Positions 30,147 through 40,674 of a stretch of DNA of 64,000 bases are shown in pieces. The notes beneath the pieces were generated by a model. It made no database searches, was not told the origin of the DNA, and saw nothing but the letters and a program-made list of their open reading frames with translations. Each line of letters starts with the position of its first letter. The stretch's first letter is position 1. The DNA comes from Candidatus Undinarchaeota archaeon (lineage in GTDB: Archaea > Undinarchaeota > Undinarchaeia > Undinarchaeales > UBA543): positions 2,090 through 66,089 of the forward strand of contig CAZMMZ010000007.1 in NCBI GenBank assembly GCA_964567575.1, given 5' to 3'. Position numbers and translations under genes: made by a program.

Positions 30147-30857
30147 TTATTTTTTTGTTTTAATCAGTTCTTCTGCAGCATATCTGAAAACCCAAATACT
30201 ATGATGTTCCATAAAAAGTTCATCAATCTCTTCTGGAGAACAGTTCTCATCTAATTTTTCAAGCAAATCCTTCACTTCTTCCAGCTTTTTTATTGTTTTT
30301 TCATTACCCTGATGATAAGCTATCTGTAACATTGTCTTAAACCGAGACCATTTGTCTTTCCTCATATCAACATCTGCGGCAAAAAACTCCCCTAATATTC
30401 TTTCATCAAAAGATTCTTGCAAAAACCCTCGTTGATCAGCATAAAGTTGATGTCTTTGTTCATGAATAGCACTTACCATTAAATCATGTTTATTTTTATT
30501 CTCTGGGACCATTCCAATTCCAAATTCCTTAAATAATTCAGTTTCTTCATCAATCCCACAAAAAAATCCTAAGTTTCCGTGCATGTTTACTTTCTTTTCA
30601 TACATTTCCCACGCTTTCCTCGTCAGCACCAACGCATATGGATTGTACCTGTTTTTCCAGTACTTTTTAGAATGCATTACATCCTTAATCTCAATTCTAA
30701 CATAACTACACCCGTCAAGATTTTCTTTATTAAATTTTGGCTTATACCACCCATGTGGATTTAATGACTCTGCCAATTTTTCTCTATATTTCGGCTTATC
30801 TAAATTATAAAAAACAATCCCTAATTCTTTTACTGCTTTTGCAACTTTCTTTTTCAT
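30147..30857 (-). CDS. Hypothetical protein with HExxH motif (possible zinc metallopeptidase)
   Basis: The track ORF (to 30950) overlaps the upstream gene by 97 nt. The internal start MKKKVAKAV at 30857 abuts that gene's stop. AIHEQRHQ is the only motif seen. Confidence 0.5.
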   Translation of the reverse strand: MKKKVAKAVKELGIVFYNLDKPKYREKLAESLNPHGWYKPKFNKENLDGCSYVRIEIKDVMHSKKYWKNRYNPYALVLTRKAWEMYEKKVNMHGNLGFFCGIDEETELFKEFGIGMVPENKNKHDLMVSAIHEQRHQLYADQRGFLQESFDERILGEFFAADVDMRKDKWSRFKTMLQIAYHQGNEKTIKKLEEVKDLLEKLDENCSPEEIDELFMEHHSIWVFRYAAEELIKTKK

Positions 30858-31423
30858 AGTAACATTCCTAACAACTTCGGCGCGAGCCAGATTATTATGA
30901 AATAATTTACTGGAATATGCACAGCTGAGAATCTTAAAGATCCAATCCAACTATGTCCTGACAACGCGTAGAAAATTCCTGTAAATAAATCATAAGCAAT
31001 TGTTAATCCAAGTGCGCAAGTTCCTAATCCAAAATTACTGTAGAGCCAAGGCGCGAATATTCCCATCATTGCAAATCCTAAACTCATTGCCATAATATCT
31101 TGTGGTCGTTCAATTGTGTAAAATCCAGAAAGTGCCGAAGCAGCAACTCCTACGAGCGCTCCAACAAGTCCGCCATATAAAATCGCAGAAACAATTGTAA
31201 CAAGGGAAACCAATTCAATACCAATTGAAACTGGTGCTAATCTTTGTGGAAGTCTTGATACAGCTCCAATCAGGATAAAACCGAGAAGCATCAATATAGC
31301 TTTGAAATTGATTTTCAAAAAGAAAATACCATACAGAACTAATATTACTAATCCGCAAAAAACTGCAATGTATTTGAAAAGGTCTTTCGGTAGTTGCGGT
31401 TTTATTTGATTTGTTTTGCTCAT
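30854..31423 (-). CDS. Multi-TM membrane protein (family member P1)
   Basis: 189 aa, 5-6 TM segments. The VSIGIELVS..ILYGG pattern is shared with three other ORFs in the window. Confidence 0.55.
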   Translation of the reverse strand: MSKTNQIKPQLPKDLFKYIAVFCGLVILVLYGIFFLKINFKAILMLLGFILIGAVSRLPQRLAPVSIGIELVSLVTIVSAILYGGLVGALVGVAASALSGFYTIERPQDIMAMSLGFAMMGIFAPWLYSNFGLGTCALGLTIAYDLFTGIFYALSGHSWIGSLRFSAVHIPVNYFIIIWLAPKLLGMLL

Positions 31424-31437
31424 AATAAACTGAAAGA

Positions 31438-31515
31438 TGGTAGCGGGGGGTGGACTTGAACCACCGACCTCCGGGTTATGAGCCCGACGGGCACTCCAGG
31501 CTGCCCTACCCCGCT
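31438..31515 (-). tRNA. tRNA-Met (CAU), initiator type, CCA encoded
   Basis: Hand-folded: AGCGGGG-TA-..-CGGG CTCATAA CCCG-..-GGTGG TTCAAGT CCACC-CCCCGCT-A-CCA. A1:U72 and three G:C pairs in the anticodon stem are archaeal initiator hallmarks. Confidence 0.9.
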
Positions 31516-31568
31516 ATAACAAATTTCTGAAAGCCCCGGTATTTAAGTTTTAGGTATACGATTTATTC

Positions 31569-33176
31569 TTAAACTTCAAGAGCTTCCATAATTCTATCAA
31601 TTTTTTCTTCAATTGTGTCTAACCGATCTTCAACATTATCTGTTGAAGGTGTTGTCACAGTTGAAGCTGGGGATGAAACTTCTTCTAATGGTTCTTCAGT
31701 TACTTTTCCTGAAAACATTTTTGCTAGAAGTGCTTCATGCGCTGCATCCAAATTATCATAGTCTGAAGTTTTAATTACATATGCTCGCTCTTCATCACTT
31801 AGAAGATTAACACCAGCAAGCGCCATGATTCTCTGACCGCTTCCAGCTCCACTTACAATTGAAGATAAAGCATACAAGTTTTGTCCATCTTGATAAATCT
31901 GAACTTGTTGAGGTATCCAGCCTTCAAAGTTCTGAACTTCTGCGCGTGCGAATCGCAGAATCTTGTTAACTCCTGGTAAATTTCTACCAAGTTTATCGAA
32001 CTTGAGCATTTTAATTTCACCAGCATTTGTATTATCTGCACCAATCAATAAAATCGAAGCGATTCTTGCACCGCTAATTTCTCCTCCAATTGGTTCGTAA
32101 ACAGTAACCCAGTAAGCGTTATTATTATAGACAGTTAGGAAAGGATATTTCTGCCAAGTGCCGTATGATCCCCCAATTTGTCCTCCTGGAATTTCATAAA
32201 GTGATTCTCCATCTCCAGATCTTCCGGTTACAAACTTCGCCCACCATCCGAATCTGTTTGATCCATAAATGTATGCTTGCTGAAGTGCAAGACTTTCTGG
32301 ATAAACTCTGGCGGTTTTTCCAAGGAATTCTTCAAGTTCACCCATCTGGGTTTCACTGTAATGTTTTGCTTCATCAGTTTCTGCGCTGACCAGTGTAACT
32401 CCTTTGAATTCTTTTTTGTAAGTGAATAAAGCCCATTTTATTGAAACTCTTGGATAAACCCACCAATAGTTTCCATCCTTTGCAAGTGTGATATAACCAT
32501 CCTCAACAAGCAACATTCTGTTTTCATACCAGGCTCGTCGCATTGAGAATTGTGTTAATAATTTTGCTTCTGTATATTTCAAATCTTTTTCTGTCACAAC
32601 TGGACTTGTTTCAACTTCTGCAGAAGTTTCTCCAACTCCTGGTGCGCTTTTTGTAATCTGATTAATCAAACCATGCGGTTCAATAACTGCGCGCCAAAGA
32701 AGTTCTCCATCTTCAAATACAGGATCTGTATCTAAAACATCTGCCCACCCAAAACGGTTAGCCCGCAACCTAATTTCTCCAGTGTTGTGTGGAACTTTTC
32801 TTATTATATCTGTCTGGAAATTTGTCATTGTATCAAAATCTGCAAGATTTACTTCATGCGCTTCAAAATTTTCACCTTCAGCTATACCATAAAATCCTGA
32901 TGACATTGTAATCCATGCAAAATTCCAAACAATTCCTATAGCTACTGCGATTGCAAAATAAAATGCAACTTTCTTAGAGAAGCCACTTAATTGGAATGGC
33001 ATTTTCCCTTTTCCGCGCCATGTGAATGCGTTCATAAACAAAAGCGCTGCCGGGAGCACAAAGAACAAGTTTGTGTAAACAACTTGAACATTAAGGGATT
33101 TCCACCAAGAGAAGTATGTGAAAATTGCTATTACAACAATTATTTGCACGTTTCGTACAATGTTTTTACTATCCAT
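31569..33176 (-). CDS. Membrane-anchored large hypothetical protein with C-terminal Thr/Ser-rich and coiled segment
   Basis: 535 aa. Three or so N-terminal TM segments, then a Trp/Tyr/Gly-rich extracytoplasmic domain. No family recognised with confidence. Confidence 0.6.
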   Translation of the reverse strand: MDSKNIVRNVQIIVVIAIFTYFSWWKSLNVQVVYTNLFFVLPAALLFMNAFTWRGKGKMPFQLSGFSKKVAFYFAIAVAIGIVWNFAWITMSSGFYGIAEGENFEAHEVNLADFDTMTNFQTDIIRKVPHNTGEIRLRANRFGWADVLDTDPVFEDGELLWRAVIEPHGLINQITKSAPGVGETSAEVETSPVVTEKDLKYTEAKLLTQFSMRRAWYENRMLLVEDGYITLAKDGNYWWVYPRVSIKWALFTYKKEFKGVTLVSAETDEAKHYSETQMGELEEFLGKTARVYPESLALQQAYIYGSNRFGWWAKFVTGRSGDGESLYEIPGGQIGGSYGTWQKYPFLTVYNNNAYWVTVYEPIGGEISGARIASILLIGADNTNAGEIKMLKFDKLGRNLPGVNKILRFARAEVQNFEGWIPQQVQIYQDGQNLYALSSIVSGAGSGQRIMALAGVNLLSDEERAYVIKTSDYDNLDAAHEALLAKMFSGKVTEEPLEEVSSPASTVTTPSTDNVEDRLDTIEEKIDRIMEALEV

Positions 33177-33339
33177 GTGCAGTGCTAATCAACAGGTTGT
33201 TAAATACTTTATGGGAATCATTGTTTTTTGTAACAACTCTTTGCTGAATTGTATATTGCTATATTTCCAGGAAGATTTTCAATATGATCATAAACATATT
33301 TTCCTTTGAACGGCAGGCCCTTCCCTCGTTTGAAAATTT

Positions 33340-33534
33340 TTATACAGCAAAACTCCGAATCCCAAACGGCCATTTTGATATTCCCTCATGAGTAAAACCG
33401 CTAGCATCATTGTAGCCGTCAACTCCAAGAACATCATGAACCCGGTTCCCCATACTTACCGTTATGTGACTGAGGATGTTCATTGCAACACCTGTTTCCA
33501 GGCTTTCATCTAAAATAGCTACGAATTTTTTCAT
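33340..33534 (-). pseudogene. Possible truncated DUF2000-family gene
   Basis: MKKFVAILDESLETGVAMNILSHITVSMGNRV..DASGFTHEGIS matches the N-terminal half of DUF2000 as I recall it, but the ORF stops at about 64 aa. A 40-codon open stretch in another frame follows (..NIAIYNSAKSCYKKQ). Confidence 0.35.
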
Positions 33535-33601
33535 TGTCCTATCTATTCTCATTAATACAAAACTAAATAAACACTTCTAATCACATTTATTCTGAGGGGA
33601 A

Positions 33602-34270
33602 ATGGCAAAGCTTATTCTCGGTATTGATGAAGCAGGGCGTGGCGCAGTAATTGGTCCACTAGTTATAGCCGGTGCTATGATTGATGAAGACAAATTAAAA
33701 GAAATAATCAAGCTCGGTGTTCGTGATTCAAAGAAACACACCCCATTGCAGAGAGCTGATCTTTATCACAGAATTCGCTCAAAAGTAAAATCTCGAATTA
33801 TTAAAATTTCAGCTGAAGAAATTGATGCTAATAAAAAAGCTGAAGGAAATCTTAATCTTCTTGAGCTTTCTCACATGGCTAAAATCATTAACGAGCTCAA
33901 ACCAGATGTAGTTTATCTGGATTCAATTGAGGCAAATACAATGGCTGTTGTTGCAAAACTTACTCCACAACTTAAAGTGGATTGTAAGATAGTTGCAGAA
34001 TGCGGTGCAGACGACACTTATCCTATTGTCTCTTCAGCTTCTATTCTCGCAAAAGTCGATCGCGATGATGCTGTTGCATCACTTAAGCATCTTTATGGGG
34101 AAATTGGTTCAGGATACCCTTCTGACCCACGTACACAAACCTTTTTAAAGAACTGGCTTAATGAACACAGTAAATTTCCGAAGATTGTGCGTAATTCATG
34201 GGAAACTGCGCAAAATCTATTGAGAAATGTTAAACAAAAACAACTTGGTGATTTTACAAATGAAATTTAA
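33602..34270 (+). CDS. rnhB: Ribonuclease HII
   Basis: 222 aa. GIDEAGRGAVIGPLV, DSKK, and the SASILAKV motif. Confidence 0.92.
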   Translation: MAKLILGIDEAGRGAVIGPLVIAGAMIDEDKLKEIIKLGVRDSKKHTPLQRADLYHRIRSKVKSRIIKISAEEIDANKKAEGNLNLLELSHMAKIINELKPDVVYLDSIEANTMAVVAKLTPQLKVDCKIVAECGADDTYPIVSSASILAKVDRDDAVASLKHLYGEIGSGYPSDPRTQTFLKNWLNEHSKFPKIVRNSWETAQNLLRNVKQKQLGDFTNEI

Positions 34271-34571
34271 TTGGGATTTTGATTTGAAATGGACTCCAGA
34301 GCTTAAGTCCACACTAACACACGCTTTTATGGGTGGTGTTATTGGTCTTGTTTCAAGCTTTGTTACTAGCGGTAAGGTAGCGCTTATAATGATGTTTGCA
34401 TTTGCATGGGTTACTGGTAAAGCTCTTCAACACTTCACAAAATGGCAGCCAAAAGTTACACAAGCTGACGGCACTGAAAAATACGAAATGAAATGGTGGC
34501 TCGGCAATGGACTTTATCCATTCTTTGTATTTTGGATTTTCGGATGGATTTTGTTCTATAATATCTTATAA
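34260..34571 (+). CDS. Small 3-TM membrane protein
   Basis: The track ORF starts at 34227 inside rnhB. ATG 34260 (MKFNWDF) gives an 11-nt overlap. Hydrophobic and Trp-rich. Confidence 0.45.
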   Translation: MKFNWDFDLKWTPELKSTLTHAFMGGVIGLVSSFVTSGKVALIMMFAFAWVTGKALQHFTKWQPKVTQADGTEKYEMKWWLGNGLYPFFVFWIFGWILFYNIL

Positions 34572-35881
34572 TGACTGACGCAATCTCTGACTGGAGCAAA
34601 ACGCACTTCACATCTGAAATAGTTCCAGCTCTAGACGGAAAGAAAGTAACACTTATGGGATGGGTTCGAGATGTTCGTCTACATGGCAATCTTGCGTTCA
34701 TAGTTCTTGCAGATCGTGAAGGAGATTCTCAAGTCACAGTTTTGAAAAAGAATTCTGAAAAAGCTTTCAAGAAACTCGGAGACATCACTCGTGAAAGTGC
34801 TATTGCAATTAAAGGAACAGTAAAAAAGACTGATAAAACAAATCGCGGTGTTGAAGTAATTCTTGAAGATATCAAACTCTTAAACAAATCTAAAACTCCA
34901 CTTCCACTTGAAGTGAATGAGAAAGTTCTTGCAGAACTTGACACTCGATTGGATGCGCGAGTTCTTGATTTGCGAAAACCAAGAATCAGCGCCATATTCA
35001 AAATCCGCGCGCAAGTTCTTCAAAGTGCTCGAAATTATTTAACAGAAAGCAAATTCGTAGAAGTTGAAACACCAAAGATGATTGCAACTGCAACTGAAGG
35101 TGGTGCAGAACTTTTCCCAATCAAATATTTCGAGAAGAAAGCGTTCCTCAGGCAGAGTCCACAAATCTACAAAGAATTAATGACTTCTTGCTTTGAGAAA
35201 GTTTTTGAAATTGGTCCTGTGTTCCGAGCTGAGCCAAGCGACACAACTCAGCATTTGTCTGAAGTTACACAACTTGATATTGAAATGGGATTCGCAACTG
35301 AAAAAGATACTTTGGATGTTTTTGACAAAATCCTAAAACGAATTTATTCTGATGTTGCAAAGAATTGCAAACGCGAGCTTGAAGTTTTAGATGTAAAACT
35401 CAAACAACCAAAAGATATTGTTATTAAAACTTACACTGAAATTTTAAAAGAATTAGGAAAGAAAGGTTTCAAATTAAAATGGGGTGATGATATCCCTCCA
35501 GAAGGAGAGCGCTTGATAACGGAAATATTCAAAGCACCAGTTATAATTTCTGAATATCCATATGCACTCAAACCATATTATATTCATCAACACGAGACAG
35601 ATAAGAAATTATCTTATGGATTTGATTTGATTCTTGAAGGAATGGAACTTGCTTCTGGCGGACGTCGTGTTCATGATCCAGATGATTATGTTGCTGGTTT
35701 GAAAGCAAAGGGAATGGATCCAAAGGGTTTCGAACCAATTACTGAATTCTATCGATATGGAATGCCACCACACGCTGGATGGGCTATTGGAGTTGACAGG
35801 CTTGTAATGGTTATGCTTGGTCTGCCAAATGTGCGTGAGGCTGTATTATTTCCAAGAGATGCTAAAAGATTGACACCTTAA
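34571..35881 (+). CDS. aspS: Aspartyl-tRNA synthetase (archaeal type)
   Basis: 436 aa. N-terminal OB anticodon-binding domain and class II motifs ([22 protein letters not shown]). Confidence 0.92.
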   Translation: MTDAISDWSKTHFTSEIVPALDGKKVTLMGWVRDVRLHGNLAFIVLADREGDSQVTVLKKNSEKAFKKLGDITRESAIAIKGTVKKTDKTNRGVEVILEDIKLLNKSKTPLPLEVNEKVLAELDTRLDARVLDLRKPRISAIFKIRAQVLQSARNYLTESKFVEVETPKMIATATEGGAELFPIKYFEKKAFLRQSPQIYKELMTSCFEKVFEIGPVFRAEPSDTTQHLSEVTQLDIEMGFATEKDTLDVFDKILKRIYSDVAKNCKRELEVLDVKLKQPKDIVIKTYTEILKELGKKGFKLKWGDDIPPEGERLITEIFKAPVIISEYPYALKPYYIHQHETDKKLSYGFDLILEGMELASGGRRVHDPDDYVAGLKAKGMDPKGFEPITEFYRYGMPPHAGWAIGVDRLVMVMLGLPNVREAVLFPRDAKRLTP

Positions 35882-35939
35882 GTTTGACATAACTCTTAAA
35901 TATTCTACTATCCTACTGTTTCTAAGGTGAATTACAACA

Positions 35940-38678
35940 GTGATTAAGAGTTTAGAGATGCAGGGGTTCAAATCCTTCAATAAGAAGGTCGTTATCCCGC
36001 TTTCTGAGGGGCTGACAGCGTTTGTCGGACCAAACGGTTCTGGAAAGTCGAATGTTTGTGACGCCATTTGTTTTGTTCTTGGCCGATCCTCAGCTCGAAG
36101 TATGCGTGCAGAACGAATGTCACATCTCATATATAATGGTGGAAAAGGAAATGACCCAGCGCGAGTCATGGAAGTCACGTTAGTTTTAGATAATAAAAAA
36201 AGAGAACTTCCTTTTGAAACTGATGAAGTTCGCATCACTCGCCGCATCACACGAAACAGTACAATGTCCTATAAAGTCAATGGGAACAAATGTACAAAAC
36301 AGCAAATGGTTGACCTACTTTCTTCTCACATGTTCAAAGCCACAGGGCATAATATAGTTCTGCAAGGTGATGTTACAAACTTTATTGAAATGGATCCAAT
36401 TGGCAGAAGACAGGTTCTTGATGAAATCTGTGGAATTTCTGAGTATGATGAAAAACGAAATAGAGCTCAGAAAGATTTGGATGTTGTTGAAACGCGAATC
36501 AAAGAAGTTGTTATTGTTATGTCCGAGCGCAAGAAGCAACTCACTTCTCTGAGAAAAGAAAAAGATGATGCACAGAAATACAAAGCACTCAAAGACGAAG
36601 GTTCAGAAATTGAAGGGCGGCTTGCATTTACTAAATTAAAGAACGCAGAGAAAGAAGAGGATAAGTTTTTGGAAAAAATTTCTGCTCAAGAAAAAATTGA
36701 AACAGAGTTCGCTGCTGAACTTAAATCTTCTTCAACAAATCTTGACCAGAAACAATCCAGAAAAAAAGATATTGATACTAAACTTATCAAAGAAGGAAGC
36801 ACAGAACAAGTTGGAGTCAAATTCGAAGCTGAAAGAATAAAGGGACGCATATCGATTAACGAGAGCAAGATAGAAAATAAGCAATCTGAAATTTCTCAAA
36901 TCGATTCAATGATTGAAAAACTTCAGGAGCGAAGTTCAACTCCTGCTCGTTTTATTTCTAATTTAAAAAATGAAATTGAAGGAATTCACGGAACAATTTC
37001 AGAGCTTATGGAGCACGATACAAAATATGCAAGTGCACTTGAATATTCTCTTGGTCGCAGAAAAGATTTTGTTATTGTAGATTCTGATGAAACCGCAATC
37101 CAGTGTGTTAATTATCTTCGTGATAATGGAATGGGTCGCGCAACTTTCCTTCCACTTAATAAAATCAAACCACCAAAAGAAATCAATGAAGTTAATGGGC
37201 AAGGAATAATCGGTCTTGCACTTAATCTTGTAAAGTATGATAATAAATTTGATAAAGCATTTTCTTATGCTTTCGGAAATACTCACATTGTAGAATCTAT
37301 TGACAAGGTCAAGTCGCACATTGGAAAAATACGAATGGTTTCTCTTGTCGGAGATATTGCTGAGAGAGCCGGAGCCATCACTGGTGGTGTCCAGCGCAAG
37401 AAAGGTGGAAAAGGATCAACAGGTTCAGAAATTGAAGAGTTTATGAAAACTCGTGACCAGCGTTTGGATGAGATTGAAGATTTACAACTTGGCAATGAAG
37501 CGTTGAAAAAAGAACTTGAAGATTATCTCAAAAAGGATAAGGAAGTTGGGAACACAATGGAATCTATGCAAAGAGATAGTGAAGTTCTTGACTTGGAAAT
37601 CGAGAAGCTCCGAACCAAAGTTGATAATGTTAGGACACAACGTGATACTGCAACTCGGGCAATTGCAGATATCAGAATTCAAAAAGCTCAGATCGACGCA
37701 AAACTTACTGACATCCGATTGAACATGCAAAAGTATGTTGATATGGAATTTGAAGAAGGGGATGTTGATAAACTTGGAGAGCGCCTTCTAAAAATAAATC
37801 AAACTGTTATCAAACTCGAGCCTGTAAATATGAAAGCAATTAAACTTTATTGTGAGCATTACAAAGCGTATCATGTTTTTGAGCAGAAGTTTGATACTCT
37901 CAAAGGCGAGCGAAATTCTATTATTGGTTTTATTGAGGATATTGAAACTCGAAAGAAAGGTGTGTTCTTTGAAGTGTTCAATAAAGTTTCAAATGAATTT
38001 GGAGAAATCTTCCCACACCTTTCACCAAATGGTGAAGGTCGTTTAATTATTGAAGATCCTGAAGATCCTCTTGCTGGTGGTTTATTTGTTGAGGCAAAAC
38101 CAGCTGGGAAAAAAGTTCTTAGTATTGACTCACTTTCTGGTGGTGAAAAAACAATCACAGCTCTTGCATTTTTAATTGCTTTACAAAGTTACAAACCATC
38201 TCCTTTCTATGTTCTTGATGAAGTTGATGCTGCTCTTGATCAAGCCAACTCTATGCGGTTTGTCAAGTTAATGCAAGAACGTGCTATGAAGTCTCAGCTT
38301 CTAATTATCAGTCACAATAATTCTGTTGTTAAAAGTGCAGAAAGATTATTTGGTGTTTCCATGATGGCTGACGGCACTTCAAAAATTATTGGAATTGAAC
38401 TTGGAAAAGATGATTCAGTTAAAGAAAAAGAATTGGAAGAACCAAAAGAAGAAGAAATAATTGAGGAAGAAGTTGTGGAAGAATCAACTGAACCAATGCT
38501 TGAAGATGTTCCTCTAGAGCTTTCTAATGTAGGGCCAGAAAATCCAGCTGAGACACCAATTGAAGATCTTAATGTTCCTGATTTAGAAGAGATTGAAAAA
38601 CCACCAGAAGCAGTTCCACAGGATCCTAATGGAACTCTGGATTTAGGCGAGAGTCCTGAAGCGCCTAAGGGGGAGTGA
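35940..38678 (+). CDS. smc: SMC chromosome-segregation ATPase, short-armed, with acidic C-terminal tail
   Basis: 912 aa, GTG start. Walker A FVGPNGSGKSN, hinge GIHGTISEL..GRATFLPLNKI..GAITGG, signature LSGGEKT, Walker B FYVLDEVDAALD. About 100 aa of Glu/Pro-rich tail follow the head. Confidence 0.9.
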   Translation: MIKSLEMQGFKSFNKKVVIPLSEGLTAFVGPNGSGKSNVCDAICFVLGRSSARSMRAERMSHLIYNGGKGNDPARVMEVTLVLDNKKRELPFETDEVRITRRITRNSTMSYKVNGNKCTKQQMVDLLSSHMFKATGHNIVLQGDVTNFIEMDPIGRRQVLDEICGISEYDEKRNRAQKDLDVVETRIKEVVIVMSERKKQLTSLRKEKDDAQKYKALKDEGSEIEGRLAFTKLKNAEKEEDKFLEKISAQEKIETEFAAELKSSSTNLDQKQSRKKDIDTKLIKEGSTEQVGVKFEAERIKGRISINESKIENKQSEISQIDSMIEKLQERSSTPARFISNLKNEIEGIHGTISELMEHDTKYASALEYSLGRRKDFVIVDSDETAIQCVNYLRDNGMGRATFLPLNKIKPPKEINEVNGQGIIGLALNLVKYDNKFDKAFSYAFGNTHIVESIDKVKSHIGKIRMVSLVGDIAERAGAITGGVQRKKGGKGSTGSEIEEFMKTRDQRLDEIEDLQLGNEALKKELEDYLKKDKEVGNTMESMQRDSEVLDLEIEKLRTKVDNVRTQRDTATRAIADIRIQKAQIDAKLTDIRLNMQKYVDMEFEEGDVDKLGERLLKINQTVIKLEPVNMKAIKLYCEHYKAYHVFEQKFDTLKGERNSIIGFIEDIETRKKGVFFEVFNKVSNEFGEIFPHLSPNGEGRLIIEDPEDPLAGGLFVEAKPAGKKVLSIDSLSGGEKTITALAFLIALQSYKPSPFYVLDEVDAALDQANSMRFVKLMQERAMKSQLLIISHNNSVVKSAERLFGVSMMADGTSKIIGIELGKDDSVKEKELEEPKEEEIIEEEVVEESTEPMLEDVPLELSNVGPENPAETPIEDLNVPDLEEIEKPPEAVPQDPNGTLDLGESPEAPKGE

Positions 38679-38679
38679 T

Positions 38680-39444
38680 ATGTCAGACATTGAATCTAAT
38701 ATTGAGCAAATGCTTCAAAGCGAGCGCGCATGGGAATTTATTCTTCTTGATATTGTAAAGTCTGAGGATCTTGATCCTTGGAATATTGATATTACAAAAC
38801 TCACAGAGAAATATACTGAGAAGGTTAACAACATGAAGAAATTTGATCTTCGTGTTCCTGCTCGTCTTATCCTCACAGCCGCAATTCTTTTGAAAATGAA
38901 ATCAGATCGTTTGTTGTTTGAAGGAGACGCTCCTGGTTATGGTGAAGAAGAATTTGGTGAAGGTTTTGAAGATGACGATATGTTTGATCAGCCAGATACT
39001 GACAAAGAATTACTTGGTGATGTTCCTGATCTTAATATCAGCGTGCGCAGAAAACATATTCGAAAAATTACATTAGGTGATTTGATTGACAAGCTCAAGA
39101 AATCTATGGAGCCGCCCAAACCAAGAGGCCGCGCCTCTAAAAAATTCAGATTAGAATTGCCTGATGAAGATATAACTCAACAATTGGATGCGCTTTACAA
39201 AGAAATTATTGAACATAATATTGAGAAAGTTCCATTTTCAAAATTAACTAAGGAAAAAGATCGCCGTGGTGTAATTGAAACTTTCCTTCCTCTTCTTCAT
39301 CTTGCAAATGAGCACAAAGTTGATATTCATCAGGAAGAATTTTTCCAGGAAATGTTTATTCAAAAAGTTTCTGAAGATGAATTTAAAAGAAGAATGAGTC
39401 TTGGTAAGGAAAAGGAAGAAGAAACAAAAACTAAAGAGGATTAA
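38680..39444 (+). CDS. scpA: Segregation and condensation protein A (kleisin)
   Basis: 254 aa, immediately after smc. DPWNIDITKLTEKY.. N-terminal and winged-helix-like C-terminal (VIETFLPLLHL). Confidence 0.8.
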   Translation: MSDIESNIEQMLQSERAWEFILLDIVKSEDLDPWNIDITKLTEKYTEKVNNMKKFDLRVPARLILTAAILLKMKSDRLLFEGDAPGYGEEEFGEGFEDDDMFDQPDTDKELLGDVPDLNISVRRKHIRKITLGDLIDKLKKSMEPPKPRGRASKKFRLELPDEDITQQLDALYKEIIEHNIEKVPFSKLTKEKDRRGVIETFLPLLHLANEHKVDIHQEEFFQEMFIQKVSEDEFKRRMSLGKEKEEETKTKED

Positions 39445-40529
39445 GTTTTGTAATTCCTAAGTCGTTTGTATAATTTCTCGTTTGTTTTGTATCCAAGACA
39501 CATACATTTCGCAGTCACGCTGTTTTTATCCATACAAACAAGTATTGGCAAGTTTTTACCGTATTGCCTACGATTTATGAAGAATGTTTTGCTTCCTTTC
39601 ATTATTTCATCAATTTTTTCAAATTGTTTATTATCAAAGAACAGGAATTTTGGAATTGTTTTTTCAATATTGCATTTTGTTTTTAATTCATCTAGTTTTT
39701 TCTCTAATTGTTTTGCATTTAATTTTGTTTTCAGTTTTGTAGTATTCATTTTTTTCAAGATATCTTCTTTTTTCCATGAATGCTCAAGAAGTTCTGGCTC
39801 GTAATAATAAGTTCCCAAAAATTTATTTCTTAAATAAGGTATCTTCTTCCACCGGTTTTCTGTTAAACTTTTCCACACACCAGTTCTTGTAAAATTTACT
39901 AATTCTTTCTTCGCCATGCTAATTTTTTCTTTTGATAATTTTACACCATCTTTTTTCGACAAAAGCAAATGAATCGCAGTTCTGACATCCTTTTCTTTTG
40001 GCCCGTGAAGTGATATTTTTTGAAGCACATTTTTTAATTCAGTATCTTTCTTTTTTTCTTTTCCTCTTTTTTTTCTGTAAGGGCCTTTGAATTCATCAGG
40101 CAAAGTATCAAGATATTTATCCAAAACTATTCCAAGTTCTTTTGCAGGCAGTATTGCTTCAATTGTTATGTGGTTGTCCTTGCGGTCTCCGAAAAGAAAT
40201 CCGAATTTTGGTGTTTCATCTTGTATTACGCTTTTAAGAAAATTTTCAAAAACATCAGTTGGATCCCAGTCACTCACCTTCCTTGAAAATTCATAAGAAT
40301 ATTTCTGGTCATCTTTTCCTCTTCTCCATAATGGAATGTAATTATATTTATCATAAATATTCTTTTTCAAAATTTGACCAATTGTAATTAAAAAACCAGC
40401 AACACCTAACCAACCAATTACTCCTACTGCACCCGATTCATCTGTGCGAATATTTTTTGTATGTTCTTTACAAACACTTTGCCCTACTTGATTCTCAAGC
40501 CATACGTCCAAACTGTTCTCTACAATCAT
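39441..40529 (-). CDS. Hypothetical protein (Lys-rich, one predicted TM)
   Basis: 362-aa ORF. No recognisable domain. Confidence 0.5.
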   Translation of the reverse strand: MIVENSLDVWLENQVGQSVCKEHTKNIRTDESGAVGVIGWLGVAGFLITIGQILKKNIYDKYNYIPLWRRGKDDQKYSYEFSRKVSDWDPTDVFENFLKSVIQDETPKFGFLFGDRKDNHITIEAILPAKELGIVLDKYLDTLPDEFKGPYRKKRGKEKKKDTELKNVLQKISLHGPKEKDVRTAIHLLLSKKDGVKLSKEKISMAKKELVNFTRTGVWKSLTENRWKKIPYLRNKFLGTYYYEPELLEHSWKKEDILKKMNTTKLKTKLNAKQLEKKLDELKTKCNIEKTIPKFLFFDNKQFEKIDEIMKGSKTFFINRRQYGKNLPILVCMDKNSVTAKCMCLGYKTNEKLYKRLRNYKT

Positions 40530-40674
40530 TTTTATTATGGCGTCTTCATTTCCTTCTGCTTCTAACTTCTCTAGCTTATCAACATACTTCTCTAACCTAT
40601 CTAAAACATCTTGTGTATTCGCGTATCTTCCTGCTATACTTTTTTATGGTATTACAGCTTTAAACTGTTTTTGT

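Noticed and set aside
30858-30950. First 31 codons of track ORF 30147-30950
   Set aside because: They overlap the 3' end of the upstream membrane-protein gene by 97 nt. An internal ATG directly abutting that gene's stop is the more economical start.
35846-36250. 134-aa minus-strand ORF spanning the aspS end and the smc start
   Set aside because: It is antisense to two strongly supported genes and is Ser/Arg/Pro-rich with no motifs.
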